64,000 nt of DNA. Origin: a virus. Taxonomy: Duplodnaviria > Heunggongvirae > Uroviricota > Caudoviricetes. The notes below the pieces were generated by a model. It saw nothing but the letters and a program-made list of their open reading frames with translations, had not been told where the DNA came from and made no database searches. Of the stretch, positions 9,513 through 19,228 are shown one piece after another. The DNA lies in the IMG/VR virus record IMGVR_UViG_3300012979_000028, positions 21,985 to 85,984 of that record; one strand, written 5' to 3'. The first letter of the stretch is position 1. Each line of letters starts with the position of its first letter. The position numbers were made by a program, and so were the translations under genes.

Positions 9513-9606
9513 AATAACCTAATATTGTACACATATAAGGAGGGGAGAAGGTTGTAAAAGAAGAAAAAAAAAGAGAGGGACATAAAAATCCTTCTCTTCC
9601 TTTTTA

Positions 9607-10158
9607 TTAGTCTTTATTATTCTTGTTCTTGTAGTAGTCATAAGCTTTCTTAGCACCAACTGTAGCAGCGGCGGGAGCTAGAGTAATACCTGCAATAGCT
9701 GCTCTACCCTTTGCATTTTTCTTAAAGCTAGCTAGATCATGACCTTCTCCCCAAGCATTCTTAATCTTCTTTCCAAGGTTTTCAGCAGTATCAAGGATCG
9801 CTTCTTTACCACGTTTAACTTTATTCTTAGCAATTTCACCCTTAGACTCTTCAACACCAAGCAATTTACCAAGTTTACTATTACGAGTGTTAGATACTAG
9901 ATTTCTAACAGAAGAGCTAGTTTTATCTAATACACCACGACCTTCATATTTACTTAGACCATACATACCTGCTCCAGTTGCTGAAGTTAAACCAAGAGCT
10001 GCGATACCTAGTTTCTGATTTTCAGTTAGTTCATCATTTTTTTTTGCGAACTCTCTCTGAGCAGCCTGGTATCCCTCACAGAATGCTCTTTCTTCTATAG
10101 CTGAAATCAGGTCTTCTGTTTCACTATAGTTACTAAATACTTTTCTTGTTACTCTCAT
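9607..10158 (-). CDS. paralog-family protein (MRVTRK N-terminus, Gly-zipper C-terminal region)
   Basis: 183 aa. C-terminal region ALGLTSATGAGMYGL. Confidence 0.55.
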   Translation of the reverse strand: MRVTRKVFSNYSETEDLISAIEERAFCEGYQAAQREFAKKNDELTENQKLGIAALGLTSATGAGMYGLSKYEGRGVLDKTSSSVRNLVSNTRNSKLGKLLGVEESKGEIAKNKVKRGKEAILDTAENLGKKIKNAWGEGHDLASFKKNAKGRAAIAGITLAPAAATVGAKKAYDYYKNKNNKD

Positions 10159-10285
10159 TTTATTTTATTTTGTTTTTTATTAGTTTATTCTCTTTCAATT
10201 TTAAGGGCAGAGAAGTAAAACAAATTAATAAAGTGGGCAAAAAAGAAAGTAACTAATCTCTCTTAGACTAGCTACTTTACTTCTA

Positions 10286-11512
10286 TTAATCATTTTTCTT
10301 ATTCTTCTGATACAAATAATAACCTCCAGTACCTAAAGCCGCAGTTCCAGTTCCAATACCTATATACTTACCGATATTGCTTTTCTGTCGTTGTGTCTGA
10401 GCTTGAGGGTTATTACTTACTGTACTGCCACTTCCTATAGTCTCTTTAACCGGCATATCAGTATTAGTTACGAATTTTGGTTGTGGCTGTGTAGGTGGTT
10501 CGTATACATTATTCTTTTTCTGCTGCTTTTCTAATATTTTAGTTCTTTCTGGCCTTGTCTCTTCTGTTCTCTTCTTTGCTAATACTCTTTGTTCTCTCTG
10601 TTGCTCTAATGCTTCTTTCTTTTGTTGTTCTAGTGCTGCTGCTATCTCTTTCTGTTGTTCTAATTGTTTTAATGCTTCCTCTCTCTGTTGATTATATGCA
10701 GCATCAGTCAACTCATCCTTAGCTATTTTGAATTTACCAGTCTTTCTATCTACTGAAACAAATGCATTATCTCTTAGCCCTTTTACTTTTCCACTATTAA
10801 AAACTCGAAGGTCATTTAGGTTATAGCTATAGTTGCCCCCGAAAGCAGTATCCTTACCAGCTTTACGATTTGCCTCATTTAACTTATCGAATAAAGCCCT
10901 GTTAGTTGAAACTCTATTACCCTCAGCGTAAACATTATTATACTGATCACTAACTCGACGCAATTCCCGCTTTCTAACATCAGCCTCGTAAGTAGCTTTA
11001 TCAAAATTTCTATTCTTTAGGAAAGCTTCACTCTCTTTTTCTCCTGCCTCCTGTAGTGCTTTAGAATTGTATTTTCTATTTAGTTCTCTGGCAAAATCAT
11101 TTCTAGATTGTTTATTCATTATCGGATTAATAATACGATCTGCTTCCTTTGATGTAATTTTTCCAGCCTTAAAATCTGCCTCCGCCTGATGAAGTATTCT
11201 TTCCTGATTTCTATCAAAGTCTTCTAATTCCTTAGTAAGCTTCTTTCCAAGATTTTTATCCTTATTTCTAAGAATAAAATCAAAATCATTAAAGTTTTCT
11301 GGATTATTCTTTAACCTCTCTGCTTTTCTTGCTACACTAGCTGCTTCATATTCAGCCGAATACTTAGCACTACGTCTTGCCTCTGCTCTAAGATTAAGTA
11401 ACCTGGCAGCCTCTTTATTTCTAGCTTCTCTAACCATTTTCTCAGCACCTTCACCATAAAGAGTTCTTATCTGAGCATAGTTAAAGAATAATTTTTGTCT
11501 TAGAATTCTCAT
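10286..11512 (-). CDS. paralog-family coiled-coil protein with C-terminal glycine-zipper TM
   Basis: 408 aa, starts MRILRQK. Long charged coiled-coil. C-terminus GIGTGTAALGTGGYYLYQ. Confidence 0.6.
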   Translation of the reverse strand: MRILRQKLFFNYAQIRTLYGEGAEKMVREARNKEAARLLNLRAEARRSAKYSAEYEAASVARKAERLKNNPENFNDFDFILRNKDKNLGKKLTKELEDFDRNQERILHQAEADFKAGKITSKEADRIINPIMNKQSRNDFARELNRKYNSKALQEAGEKESEAFLKNRNFDKATYEADVRKRELRRVSDQYNNVYAEGNRVSTNRALFDKLNEANRKAGKDTAFGGNYSYNLNDLRVFNSGKVKGLRDNAFVSVDRKTGKFKIAKDELTDAAYNQQREEALKQLEQQKEIAAALEQQKKEALEQQREQRVLAKKRTEETRPERTKILEKQQKKNNVYEPPTQPQPKFVTNTDMPVKETIGSGSTVSNNPQAQTQRQKSNIGKYIGIGTGTAALGTGGYYLYQKNKKND

Positions 11513-11628
11513 TTTATTTATAGTTTTTAATTAGTTTTCTCTCAAATTTAAGGTACGAAAAAAAAAACGGTTGTAAGGATGGTGGTGAAAAAGAAAGAGA
11601 CTCAGTTAACCCAAGCCTCTAGTATAGT

Positions 11629-11805
11629 TCAATTATTTTTTATTCGTTTTATATCTTTTTTATTCTTAGCCATTTCTCCTTCCAGCCTTATATTATCTTT
11701 TTTAATTTTTTCAATCATTTTTATATTCATCTTCAGCTTTTTCTTAGTCTGGGATATATTTTCAGACAATTCAGCGATCCTTTCTTTTTCTCTTTGTGTA
11801 AGCAT
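11629..11805 (-). CDS. small coiled-coil protein (58 aa), below ORF-track cutoff
   Basis: ATG at 11803-11805. Translation MLTQREKERIAELSENISQTKKKLKMNIKMIEKIKKDNIRLEGEMAKNKKDIKRIKNN. Confidence 0.3.
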   Translation of the reverse strand: MLTQREKERIAELSENISQTKKKLKMNIKMIEKIKKDNIRLEGEMAKNKKDIKRIKNN

Positions 11806-12081
11806 AGGCAGTAAGTTTTAATGTTTTACATATATAAGGGAGAGGAGAAAAAAAAAAGAAAGGGAAAGATAGTTTTTAATATTCTATCGATCCCTTAAAT
11901 TCTTTTATCTTACCTTACCAACAGCCACTCCATACTTTTCAATTAGTTTAAGAAGTGCTTGGTCTTGGGTTGATACGATTCCATTCTTTGCATTTTCTCT
12001 TACTTTACTTACATTTATTTGTCCTGGTAAGTAAGTTTTTGCAAAGTTCTTTCTAATAATAAGCATATTTTACTACATACA

Positions 12082-12642
12082 TTACATTAGTCCGTCAGAA
12101 TCCACTGCTGCCGTTTCTGTAGTGTTGAATTCCTCCGGATCTAGTACTCTCACTCCATTGTCGTTTACTCCATTTCCGGTAACCTTTACTCCTTTGCTTT
12201 TCAAGAGTTTACAGATGATACAAGCGGCGTTACTACCGTCACAATTTTCGTAATTTTCAGTATACTGCTCACAGAAATCAGGACAGAATGAATCCGTAAA
12301 ATCCTTCAACTTTAACATTGTTGGATTCTTTTGTGTTAGAATTTTGATCACAGACTCTCCTTCATCTGCGAATGCATCATCAACACTACCTGGTTCTGGA
12401 TAATAATTGTTCTTATCATCATCCGCTAACTGTCCACACCATTCGCACAGTGTAGAATTTTTGTCTGCTGTGTTTCTTGGATCTGGAAGTAAGTGGCATA
12501 TCTTAAATAGTGGACATACCTGCCTACAATCATAAATGCCATCTTTGTAACCTGCGGGAATTAGAGTAAAACTTCTTTCTTTCCCTGTCGCATCGTCTTT
12601 TACTACTACGACTTTCTTCTTTAGCATTAAATCACTCGCCAT
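12082..12642 (-). CDS. cysteine-rich hypothetical protein
   Basis: 186 aa with many CxxC-like pairs. Confidence 0.55.
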   Translation of the reverse strand: MASDLMLKKKVVVVKDDATGKERSFTLIPAGYKDGIYDCRQVCPLFKICHLLPDPRNTADKNSTLCEWCGQLADDDKNNYYPEPGSVDDAFADEGESVIKILTQKNPTMLKLKDFTDSFCPDFCEQYTENYENCDGSNAACIICKLLKSKGVKVTGNGVNDNGVRVLDPEEFNTTETAAVDSDGLM

Positions 12643-12718
12643 AATATTATATATATAAATTATTTGGTTTCTTTACTATATATAAGAAAATTAAGGGAAT
12701 GAAAAATACTACTAATTT

Positions 12719-13792
12719 TTAATCTTCTTTTCCTTTATTATTCAGTGCATTATAACCAAGATAAGTAAGACCAGAGATACCAGCAGTTGCACCACCTAAG
12801 ACACCAGCTTTACCCCATCCACTTAATCCATCATACCAACCCTTTTCTTCTTGAGTTGGAGTAGTAGGAGTTTGAGTATTAGTATTAGTAGGGGTTTGAG
12901 GTTGTTGCTGAGTTTGTTGTGTATTAGTAGGGGTTTGAGGTTGTTGCTGAGTTTGTTGTGTATTAGTAGGAGGAGTATTAGTCTGCTGAGTCTGAGTTTG
13001 AGGTTGTTGCTGAGTTTGTTGTGTATTAGTAGGAGGAGTATTAGTCTGCTGAGTCTGAGTTTGAGGCTGTTGTTGTGTTTTTGCTGCCTCTTGTTGTGCT
13101 TTAGCCGCTTCCTGTTCTGCCTGAAGTTGTTTTCCTACCTTTTCTTGAGCAGCTCTTCTTTCATCCCAAGGTTTTTGTGCTTTCGCTGCCTCCTGTTGAG
13201 CTTTCGCCGCTTTAGCTGCTGCCTCTTCTTCTGCCTGAAGTTGTCTACCTACTTCTTCTTGAGCAGCTCTTCTCTTTGCTGTTACATTAACGTCTTTAAT
13301 TCCAGTACCAAGATCTTTATTACTATTACGTAGATTTTCGACTTCCTTAAGCTTATTCTCTAGTTGTTTATCTAAGGCAGGCTGTTCGTTTGTTAGTTTC
13401 TTGATTGTTTTTTCATTATTGTTATAGGCATTTACGTTAGCTATATCTCCTGAAGTTTCTGCCTTTGGTTTTAGGGTTGCTCGATTTGACTGTGCTACTT
13501 CTAGTCCTCTACTATTAGCACTTACAGCATCTCTCGCTACTCTAGCCTCTCTTTCTGCTGCAGCTATACTATTTCTGTTTCTAGCTATCTTAAACGAGTC
13601 CATCCAACCTTTTCCTGACGTACGTTGATTTCTGACACTTTGTATAAATCTTGCTCCGCTCGTAAAAGGGTTAACTGCATATTCTCGTTGTTCTTCTAGT
13701 TCTTGGTAATTGTTATATGCAGCGAATCTTTTTATTTTATACACTCCAGATCCGCAATATTTAATAGGAGAGTGTTGTCTGGTTAGTTTCAT
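12719..13792 (-). CDS. paralog-family protein with internal Q/T/P-rich and AQEEAAK tandem repeats and C-terminal glycine zipper
   Basis: 357 aa. N-terminus MKLTRQH. C-terminus GWGKAGVLGGATAGISGLTYLGY. Contains DNA-level tandem repeats. Confidence 0.6.
   Translation of the reverse strand: MKLTRQHSPIKYCGSGVYKIKRFAAYNNYQELEEQREYAVNPFTSGARFIQSVRNQRTSGKGWMDSFKIARNRNSIAAAEREARVARDAVSANSRGLEVAQSNRATLKPKAETSGDIANVNAYNNNEKTIKKLTNEQPALDKQLENKLKEVENLRNSNKDLGTGIKDVNVTAKRRAAQEEVGRQLQAEEEAAAKAAKAQQEAAKAQKPWDERRAAQEKVGKQLQAEQEAAKAQQEAAKTQQQPQTQTQQTNTPPTNTQQTQQQPQTQTQQTNTPPTNTQQTQQQPQTPTNTQQTQQQPQTPTNTNTQTPTTPTQEEKGWYDGLSGWGKAGVLGGATAGISGLTYLGYNALNNKGKED
12855..13080. repeat. intragenic tandem repeat (about 42-nt and 63-nt units, 2 copies each) encoding QQTQQQPQTQTQQTNTPPTNT
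   Basis: The unit ggttgttgctgagtttgttgtgtattagtagg... is repeated directly. Confidence 0.7.
13085..13275. repeat. second intragenic tandem repeat (about 90-nt unit x2) encoding RRAAQEEVGRQLQAEEEAAKA
   Basis: gctgcctcttgttgtgctttagccgcttcctgttctgcctgaagttg... is repeated. Confidence 0.55.
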
Positions 13793-14069
13793 AAGTTGTA
13801 TTTAAATTTAGTAGTTTCTTTTTATTATCCAATTCTTTTCTCTGTTCAGCTAGGTTTTGTTTTTCTTCTATTAATTTTTGTTGTTGAAGTTTTAATTGAT
13901 TTTCTTTATTAGCTGTTTGAAGACCTGGATTATTATTAGGCATAGGATTAGTAGGTTTCTGAGAGGTCATTGGCATTGGTTTTATTGTATTTCCCACTGA
14001 CTTTACTACCTCTATTGTTTCTGGTTTTCCTATGGTTGATATAAACATTTTTTGTCTCGGAATTCTCAT
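13761..14069 (-). CDS. hypothetical protein (MRIPRQK N-terminus; paralog family)
   Basis: 102 aa. Overlaps the start of the upstream paralog by 32 nt. Confidence 0.4.
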   Translation of the reverse strand: MRIPRQKMFISTIGKPETIEVVKSVGNTIKPMPMTSQKPTNPMPNNNPGLQTANKENQLKLQQQKLIEEKQNLAEQRKELDNKKKLLNLNTTYETNQTTLSY

Positions 14070-14296
14070 ACTAGTTTATTCTATTAGTCAATTATAAGGT
14101 ATGGTGTTTATTTTTTTTTTAGAAAGGCTGAAACTCTTATATATGTAAATTCTATTAACTCATAGATTATATTTTAAGATTGTTAGACAATAGCTGAGGA
14201 GGATAAATTCTTTGGCTATTGTTTTTTTTTATTTTTACAGATTCTCACGCTTACAAACCTTATTATTGAAAGTTTAACTAAAAAAACATTAAAGGT

Positions 14297-14782
14297 ATGG
14301 ATATTAATGTAGATCTATTTAGAAGATTAGCTCCAAAGAAAAAGTTAGAGATTATAGATAAACTTAAGCCTTCGGAGTTATTAAAGGTTTCTCCAGCGAC
14401 GTTTGAAAGGATAATTAAAGAGGCTGGATGTGGTGCTTGGTCGGAGAAAAGATCTAAGAATAAGAGGTTGATGATTAGAAGTAGCTTGCAGGAAGGTAAT
14501 AACTGGAACTCAACTATTGAAGGAATTGCAATTTACAAAGGAACATTATGGTTGACAGTGTACCTTCAATATGATAATACAGATACTTTTGATGAAACTA
14601 CTTTTACATCATTTTTTAAAAGTGGATCAACTAGAGTAGAGATTAATAGAACTGATAGGTATGGTAATCCAAGAACCTATTATGCTACTTATAGTGAAGA
14701 TGATAAAAGTGAAGTTATTAGAAGCATCCTCAAAGAATATATCTACACAAAATATAAAGATAAACTAGAGGAAACTAAGTAA
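14297..14782 (+). CDS. hypothetical protein (plus-strand island)
   Basis: 161 aa. SD-like aaaggt before the ATG. Followed by a plus-strand terminator. Confidence 0.55.
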   Translation: MDINVDLFRRLAPKKKLEIIDKLKPSELLKVSPATFERIIKEAGCGAWSEKRSKNKRLMIRSSLQEGNNWNSTIEGIAIYKGTLWLTVYLQYDNTDTFDETTFTSFFKSGSTRVEINRTDRYGNPRTYYATYSEDDKSEVIRSILKEYIYTKYKDKLEETK

Positions 14783-14790
14783 AATAATAA

Positions 14791-14829
14791 ACCAGTCTAA
14801 GTTAATTATAGGCTGGTATTTTTTTTTTG
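14791..14829 (+). terminator. rho-independent terminator
   Basis: Hairpin accagtctaagttaattataggctggt followed by T9. Confidence 0.6.
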
Positions 14830-14891
14830 CAGGAGGAGGATGAGATAAAAAAAAGAAGCAGGAACTTAATCCTACTCCCTTTTATTATTTT

Positions 14892-15289
14892 TTAACCTAT
14901 CTTTTTGAATGTGACTGTGTACTTGCTTGTGTCTTTAATAATACAAGTACCCTTCTCTTGAATAAATCTATCAATCGGATTTGTTACCCACTTCGAAACT
15001 AGATCCTCATACTTAGTATCACATTCCACCTGAAGACTACGACAATTCATAATCTTCTCGTAAATCTTTCTCATACTATATGCACTACCAGAGAATTGAA
15101 TAGTATTATCATCTATTGCCTTCATATCCATAGCTCTCTCATAGGAATCGCCACATAGAAGGTCAAACAATAATCTAATCTTCGGACCAAAAGATGCACA
15201 ATAATCTGTATAATTCGTATCGTAAAATCTTCTAATCTCAAATATCTTCTCTACTGGTACATAATTAGTATTCGAATCCGCTTTTGTTC
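14892..15289 (-). CDS. family A DNA polymerase, terminal exon (about 131 aa; motif C region ...LQVECDTKYEDLV)
   Basis: The frame stays open upstream of the tracked start to 15289, next to the intron 3' end (...CTATGTG|AACAAAAGCGG). Contains the Q-V-x-D-E-like segment. Confidence 0.55.
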
Positions 15290-16499
15290 ACATAGGTTCA
15301 CTACGCCTATGCCGAATCTTATTTCAGCTATTAGTCTCCCAATAGGCCAGACTATATCTTCACTATAATAATATAATATAATATAATATAATATACTATA
15401 GTGTCTACCGTTTCGAGTATCAATCGTTTATACTCTACTCCCTTTCGGGATAGTCGTTGAATAAATTGCAAGAATTAAAGTAGTCAACTTTATTTCTATT
15501 ATTTACAGGATTTTCTTTAATAAAATCATCTACTTTAGTAGACTCTATTCTTAACTCTTTTACACCATTATTTACTAATGTCTTTTTAGGAGCAGAATAT
15601 TTTCCTCTCTTTTTTCTAGCAGGTTCTATTCTTCCTATAAATTTATAATCTTTATATTGATTAGACCCTATCAGTGATTTATCAACTAAAATAGATTTCT
15701 GTCCATTATTAATCCAAATTTTACCAAGATTAGGAGAAATTAAATTTCCTTTATTAAATCCCATTTCTCTATATTTTTCGTATTCATTAGGGTCTATCAT
15801 TTTAGATACTACCCCATTATTAACCCAGATAGTTCCTTTTAGGAAATTATGTTTACATGACCCTAAATTAAAACCGTTATCTAAAAATCTAGGAATATCT
15901 TCTTGATAAATGTAAATATCATATTTACCATCATTTACACAGATAGACCCTTCTTTCCATCCTGGTTTTCCATCAATAGAAACATTATATCCGAAAAGTA
16001 CTGAATCATATTCTTTAATCAATTCAGTTTCTCTTAGAAGTATTCTGTCGTAATTACTTGGAGTATCTTCATCCTCTATAAAGATGGAAAAATTATCTAT
16101 ATTAATATTCATGTTATGATACATTCCCCTACATTTAAATTCATTATTGCTTCTAAACAATATTACGTGCCCGTGAAATCCATCATAAAGTCGTCCAGGC
16201 AATCCATATTTAGCAGTCCCTATGTAATTTTTATTAGTAGATTTATCATGTATCCTATATAACACTGATTTATAATTTAATAATGGTTCTGGTAAATTTT
16301 CAATACCGTTAATTAAGTCTTTAAATTTAAATTCTCTCATTTTTTTTTATTTATTTTTATCTTTATTGCAATTTACTGCTGATTGACTCTATCTAAAGGA
16401 TTTTTACTATTGTGACTAAATCAATAGTACCTTTAGCTTAACAAGTTGTTCCAGCAATTAAGTAGATTTAAAGTGCACCATTTCTAGTTAATGCACTAC
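15290..16499 (-). mobile_element. group I intron with GIY-YIG homing endonuclease ORF
   Basis: The 3' core (P7: CGACUAUCCCGAAAGGGAG ... GAUAUAGUCUGG) sits at 15300-15440. The 5' core (AGTAAAAATCCTTTAGATAGAGTCAATCAGCAG) sits at 16375-16420. The ORF lies in between. Confidence 0.6.
15435..16340 (-). CDS. GIY-YIG homing endonuclease with NUMOD-like repeats
   Basis: SVLYRIHDKSTNKNYIGTA ... RETELIKEYDSVLFGYNV matches GIYxIxN..YVGSA/R..E..N of I-TevI-like enzymes. C-terminal WVNNGV/IWINNGQ/LVNNGV repeats. Confidence 0.75.
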   Translation of the reverse strand: MREFKFKDLINGIENLPEPLLNYKSVLYRIHDKSTNKNYIGTAKYGLPGRLYDGFHGHVILFRSNNEFKCRGMYHNMNINIDNFSIFIEDEDTPSNYDRILLRETELIKEYDSVLFGYNVSIDGKPGWKEGSICVNDGKYDIYIYQEDIPRFLDNGFNLGSCKHNFLKGTIWVNNGVVSKMIDPNEYEKYREMGFNKGNLISPNLGKIWINNGQKSILVDKSLIGSNQYKDYKFIGRIEPARKKRGKYSAPKKTLVNNGVKELRIESTKVDDFIKENPVNNRNKVDYFNSCNLFNDYPERE

Positions 16500-16559
16500 A
16501 ATAATTGGTTTAAGAGCTCTACTAGGGTTCCACTGTTGAGCAGAAACTCTAATATTATT
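16500..16559 (-). CDS. family A DNA polymerase, short exon (about 20 aa ...IIILEFLLNSGTLVELLNQLL)
   Basis: Lies between a B-type intron 3' end (...UUUUAUG|) and the next intron's 5' end. The frame links to the terminal exon. Boundaries are tentative. Confidence 0.35.
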
Positions 16560-16852
16560 CATAAAACCACTTGCCATTCAGTTTATCCAATATTTTCATA
16601 CTGGCCCGGACTATATCATCTTCCATTTATTTAATCTGGAAGGACTGCACTTCGAAAGATGGAATTTCACCACCAATCTACTCCTTCTCAGGATAGTCTC
16701 TACACCTTCTTATTTCTAAGCTTGGCACGGGATTAGCATAGATTATACACCCTTAGCTTTCCCCGTTAGCACTATTTCCATAGCACACCCTAGTTTTTCC
16801 AGGTTCACAGTCTTCTCATATAATATTACTACTATACGGCACAATTTTGTTT
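16560..16852 (-). mobile_element. ORF-less group I intron (B-type)
   Basis: Shares the core CATAAAYAAWTTGTGSCCNTATAGG...CACTTCG...GATAGTC...AAGCTTGGCACGG...GATATAGTC with the copies at 16874-17140 and 19759-20034. Confidence 0.55.
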
Positions 16853-16873
16853 ATGCTTGAAGTTCCTCCTTGT
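16853..16873 (-). CDS. family A DNA polymerase, 21-nt micro-exon (Q-G-G-T-S-S)
   Basis: ACAAGGAGGAACTTCAAGCAT lies between two B-type introns. Joined to the upstream exon it gives ...NLPIQGGTSS, matching the PolA N-x-P-[IM]-Q-G-[ST]-A-A motif. Confidence 0.4.
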
Positions 16874-17140
16874 CATTAATGTTAACTTTAAGTTCATTTT
16901 CCTTAAAGATCAGACTATATCATTATCTATTAATATATAGATAGATCGCACTTCGAAGAGAAGAATTTCACATCTCTTCTACTCCTTTTCAGGATAGTCG
17001 TTACACTTTCTTACTTATCCAGTAAGCTTAGCACGGGATTGGCATCTCAGCTTTCCCCGTTAGCACTATTTCCATAGCACACCCTTCTAGGTTCACGATC
17101 TTTTCGCTTATAAGTTACCCTATAAGGCCACAAATTATTT
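16874..17140 (-). mobile_element. ORF-less group I intron (B-type)
   Basis: 5' end AAATAATTTGTGGCCTTATAGGG right after exon ...CCCAT. P7 GACUAUCC/GAUAUAGUC. P9 hairpin CTTTAAGGAAAATGAACTTAAAG. Ends ...TTAATG. Confidence 0.6.
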
Positions 17141-17431
17141 ATGGGTAGATTCACTCCAAGTCTTTGAATTCTGGCTTCTTGATTCTTTTTCTCTCTTTGA
17201 TTTGTTGCAGCTTGATAATACTTCCACTCTTGAACTTGTAACTTATCACCTAACATAGTATTAATATATCCGTCGTGTGTTAGTGGATATTGCTGTTGAG
17301 AAGCCACATATTCACGAAGCTTAGGGAAACTCTTATAAAGTCCCTGAATAATATCCTCAGCCTCTTCTTCAGTTGCATTAAGACGTTCCGCTAGTGATTT
17401 TTTTCCAAGTCCATAAAGCCAATTTTTTTTT
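17141..17431 (-). CDS. family A DNA polymerase exon (motif B distal part: ...LYGLGKKSLAERLN...GYINTMLGDKLQVQEW...EARIQRLGVNLPI)
   Basis: Aligns with Klenow LIYGMSAFGLARQLN...GYVETLDGRRLYLPDI...AERAAINAPM. The tracked ORF 17047..17307 is read-through of this exon into the downstream intron. Confidence 0.6.
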
Positions 17432-18770
17432 CAAGGAGTATCGCTACTTCTCCCCGGTTCTCAGGTTTTATCCATGAACTCCTATGAGTTTGCCTCACAG
17501 ATTAGACTATATCTTCATCTTTATTTCTAAAGAGCTTACCGTTTCCACTATGCGAATTTTATAGTGTACTCCCTTTCGGGATAGTCGTTGAGGTTCAATC
17601 TGAAGATTGATTAGTCAGACCAATCTTTTTTATTTCATCTATAAGAGTTTGAGAGTCTGTAATTACATCATACGGATACTCAAATTCTTTTCCGAGATTA
17701 GAGTAGTATAAAACTTTAATACCATGTTCAGTACAAAGGTCTAACTTATTCTTATCTCTTAGTTTTACTTCTTTTAAATTATCCTCTCCTCCAAAGAACA
17801 CAACACTTTTAAAATGTTGAATTCCTTGACATTCAATAATAATATTATAGTCTGGTAAGTAAAAATCTACAAATTGTTTAGAATTATACACCAGCCAATC
17901 CCATGATTTTTGTTCTTCAGCCTTTATTGAGTTTTCATTTAAAATATTTCTTACGTAATCCTCTAAATGGGAACTTTTCACACATTGCGGGCATCTACAG
18001 CCTTGTAAATGGCTCTGAGCTTCCTGGAAAAACTCCCCATGTTCCGGACAGATTATACAAACTTCATCATGAAGATTATTAAATTTAACATTATCATAAT
18101 TATATCTAAAATTATGAATTTTATTTCCTCTTTCTTTGAAAGTTTCAATAGGCATTCTAAATCTTTTTGATAAATTAATTAATTTACAATTAGGACACCC
18201 TCTTCCAATTAGATGTTTAGAAGGACTTTGTTGAAATTCAGTTCCGCATTTATTGCATATTATTGTAACTTTTTCACTAGATCCTTTATAATCTACTTTT
18301 GAATAGGAGAAATTATTTCCATGTATTTTGGAAGCCTTTAATAGAAAATCATCCAGGGAAGTTCTAATTGCCTTCATCTTCTCCTTTCCGCAAATTGGGC
18401 AACCACATCCCCTTAAATGACTTCCAGCTTGCTGATAAAATTCATAATTGTGATTATTACATATAATAGGGATTTTATTTTTTGAACTAATACTATTATC
18501 TACTTTAGAATAATCATATTTATCTCCATGAATTTTTCTTGCCCTTTCAATAAATTTTTCTATAGTTAATTTTTCACTCATTGTACATTGTAATTAAATT
18601 TTATTTTAGATTAAACCTGCTGATTAACTCTATTCACTAGATTTTTACTATAAGCGACTAAATCTTATAGTACTAGTGACCTACGTAAATGTTAATTTAC
18701 TTCGAGTTTTTCCAGCATTTAGTAAGTAATAATTAAGTATCGCTACTTAACAGCGCACATTTTATTATAC
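17432..18770 (-). mobile_element. group I intron carrying a homing-endonuclease ORF
   Basis: 5' core at 18600-18770 (ACTTACTAAATGCTGGAAA...AGTAAAAATCTAGTGAATAGAGTTAATCAGCAGG). 3' core at 17432-17600 (CGACUAUCCCGAAAGGGAG, P8 hairpin CACUAU..AUAGUG, AAGAUAUAGUC). The ORF sits between them. Confidence 0.6.
17595..18581 (-). CDS. intron-encoded putative homing endonuclease: three zinc-ribbon repeats + Vsr/DUF559-like nuclease domain
   Basis: Triplicated module HG..Y.YSKV......K..IIC..HG.F.Q....HL.G.GCP.C. C-terminus FVDFYLPDYNIIIECQGIQHF resembles the DUF559/Vsr-type endonuclease core. Confidence 0.6.
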   Translation of the reverse strand: MSEKLTIEKFIERARKIHGDKYDYSKVDNSISSKNKIPIICNNHNYEFYQQAGSHLRGCGCPICGKEKMKAIRTSLDDFLLKASKIHGNNFSYSKVDYKGSSEKVTIICNKCGTEFQQSPSKHLIGRGCPNCKLINLSKRFRMPIETFKERGNKIHNFRYNYDNVKFNNLHDEVCIICPEHGEFFQEAQSHLQGCRCPQCVKSSHLEDYVRNILNENSIKAEEQKSWDWLVYNSKQFVDFYLPDYNIIIECQGIQHFKSVVFFGGEDNLKEVKLRDKNKLDLCTEHGIKVLYYSNLGKEFEYPYDVITDSQTLIDEIKKIGLTNQSSD

Positions 18771-18883
18771 GCCAAGGAAAATTGTTTTGAAGCGTTTACG
18801 CCACATCTTTTGCTGCTTTTTATCTAATTCATCCCAATGATCGCCTAAGTAAAGCTTCGCACTGTATATATAACATTTGTGTT
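18771..18883 (-). CDS. family A DNA polymerase exon (motif B proximal: ...HKCYIYSAKLYLGDHWDELDKKQQKMWRKRFKTIFLG)
   Basis: Aligns with Klenow DIHRATAAEVFG...SEQRRSAKAINFG. Junction phase is unresolved. Confidence 0.45.
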
Positions 18884-19228
18884 CAAGGAGTATCGTTACT
18901 TCTCCCCGGTTCTCAGGTTTTATCCATGAACTCCTGTAAGTTTTTTTACCCTACAGATCAGACTATATCTTCATCTCATTTTTACATGAGAGCTTACCGT
19001 TTCCACTATACGAATTTTATAGTGTACTCCCTTTCGGGATAGTCGTTGAGGTTCAATCTATAGAGATCAAACCTGCTGATTGACCCTATTAAAGAGATTT
19101 TTACTGAGTATTCCTCTAGTACTCTTTACCTACGTAAATTGTAAATAATTTACTTCAGGTGTTTCCAGCATTTAGTAAGTTAGTTTTTCTTAGAATCACT
19201 TCTAAGCGACACTAATATTTAATGTCAG
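18884..19228 (-). mobile_element. ORF-less group I intron (C+A type)
   Basis: Same 5' core (GACATTAAATATTAGTGTCGCTTAGAAGTGATTCTAAG...AATGCTGGAAAC) and 3' core (P7/P8/P9) as the intron at 19315-19650. Confidence 0.55.

Noticed and set aside
12851-13333. Plus-strand ORF 12851..13333 (160 aa, S/L/R/C-rich)
   Set aside because: It is the antisense reading of the tandem repeats inside gene 12719..13792. Repeat-generated open frames are artefacts.
15266-15281. tRNA-like T-loop sequence GTATTCGAATCCGC
   Set aside because: No acceptor stem, D-arm or anticodon arm can be built around it. It lies within the conserved 3' region of a group I intron.
17047-17307. Tracked ORF 17047..17307 as an independent gene
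   Set aside because: Its N-terminal two-thirds is polA exon sequence. Its C-terminal third (NNLWPYRVTYKRKDREP...) is read-through into the conserved intron 5' core that recurs at two other sites.
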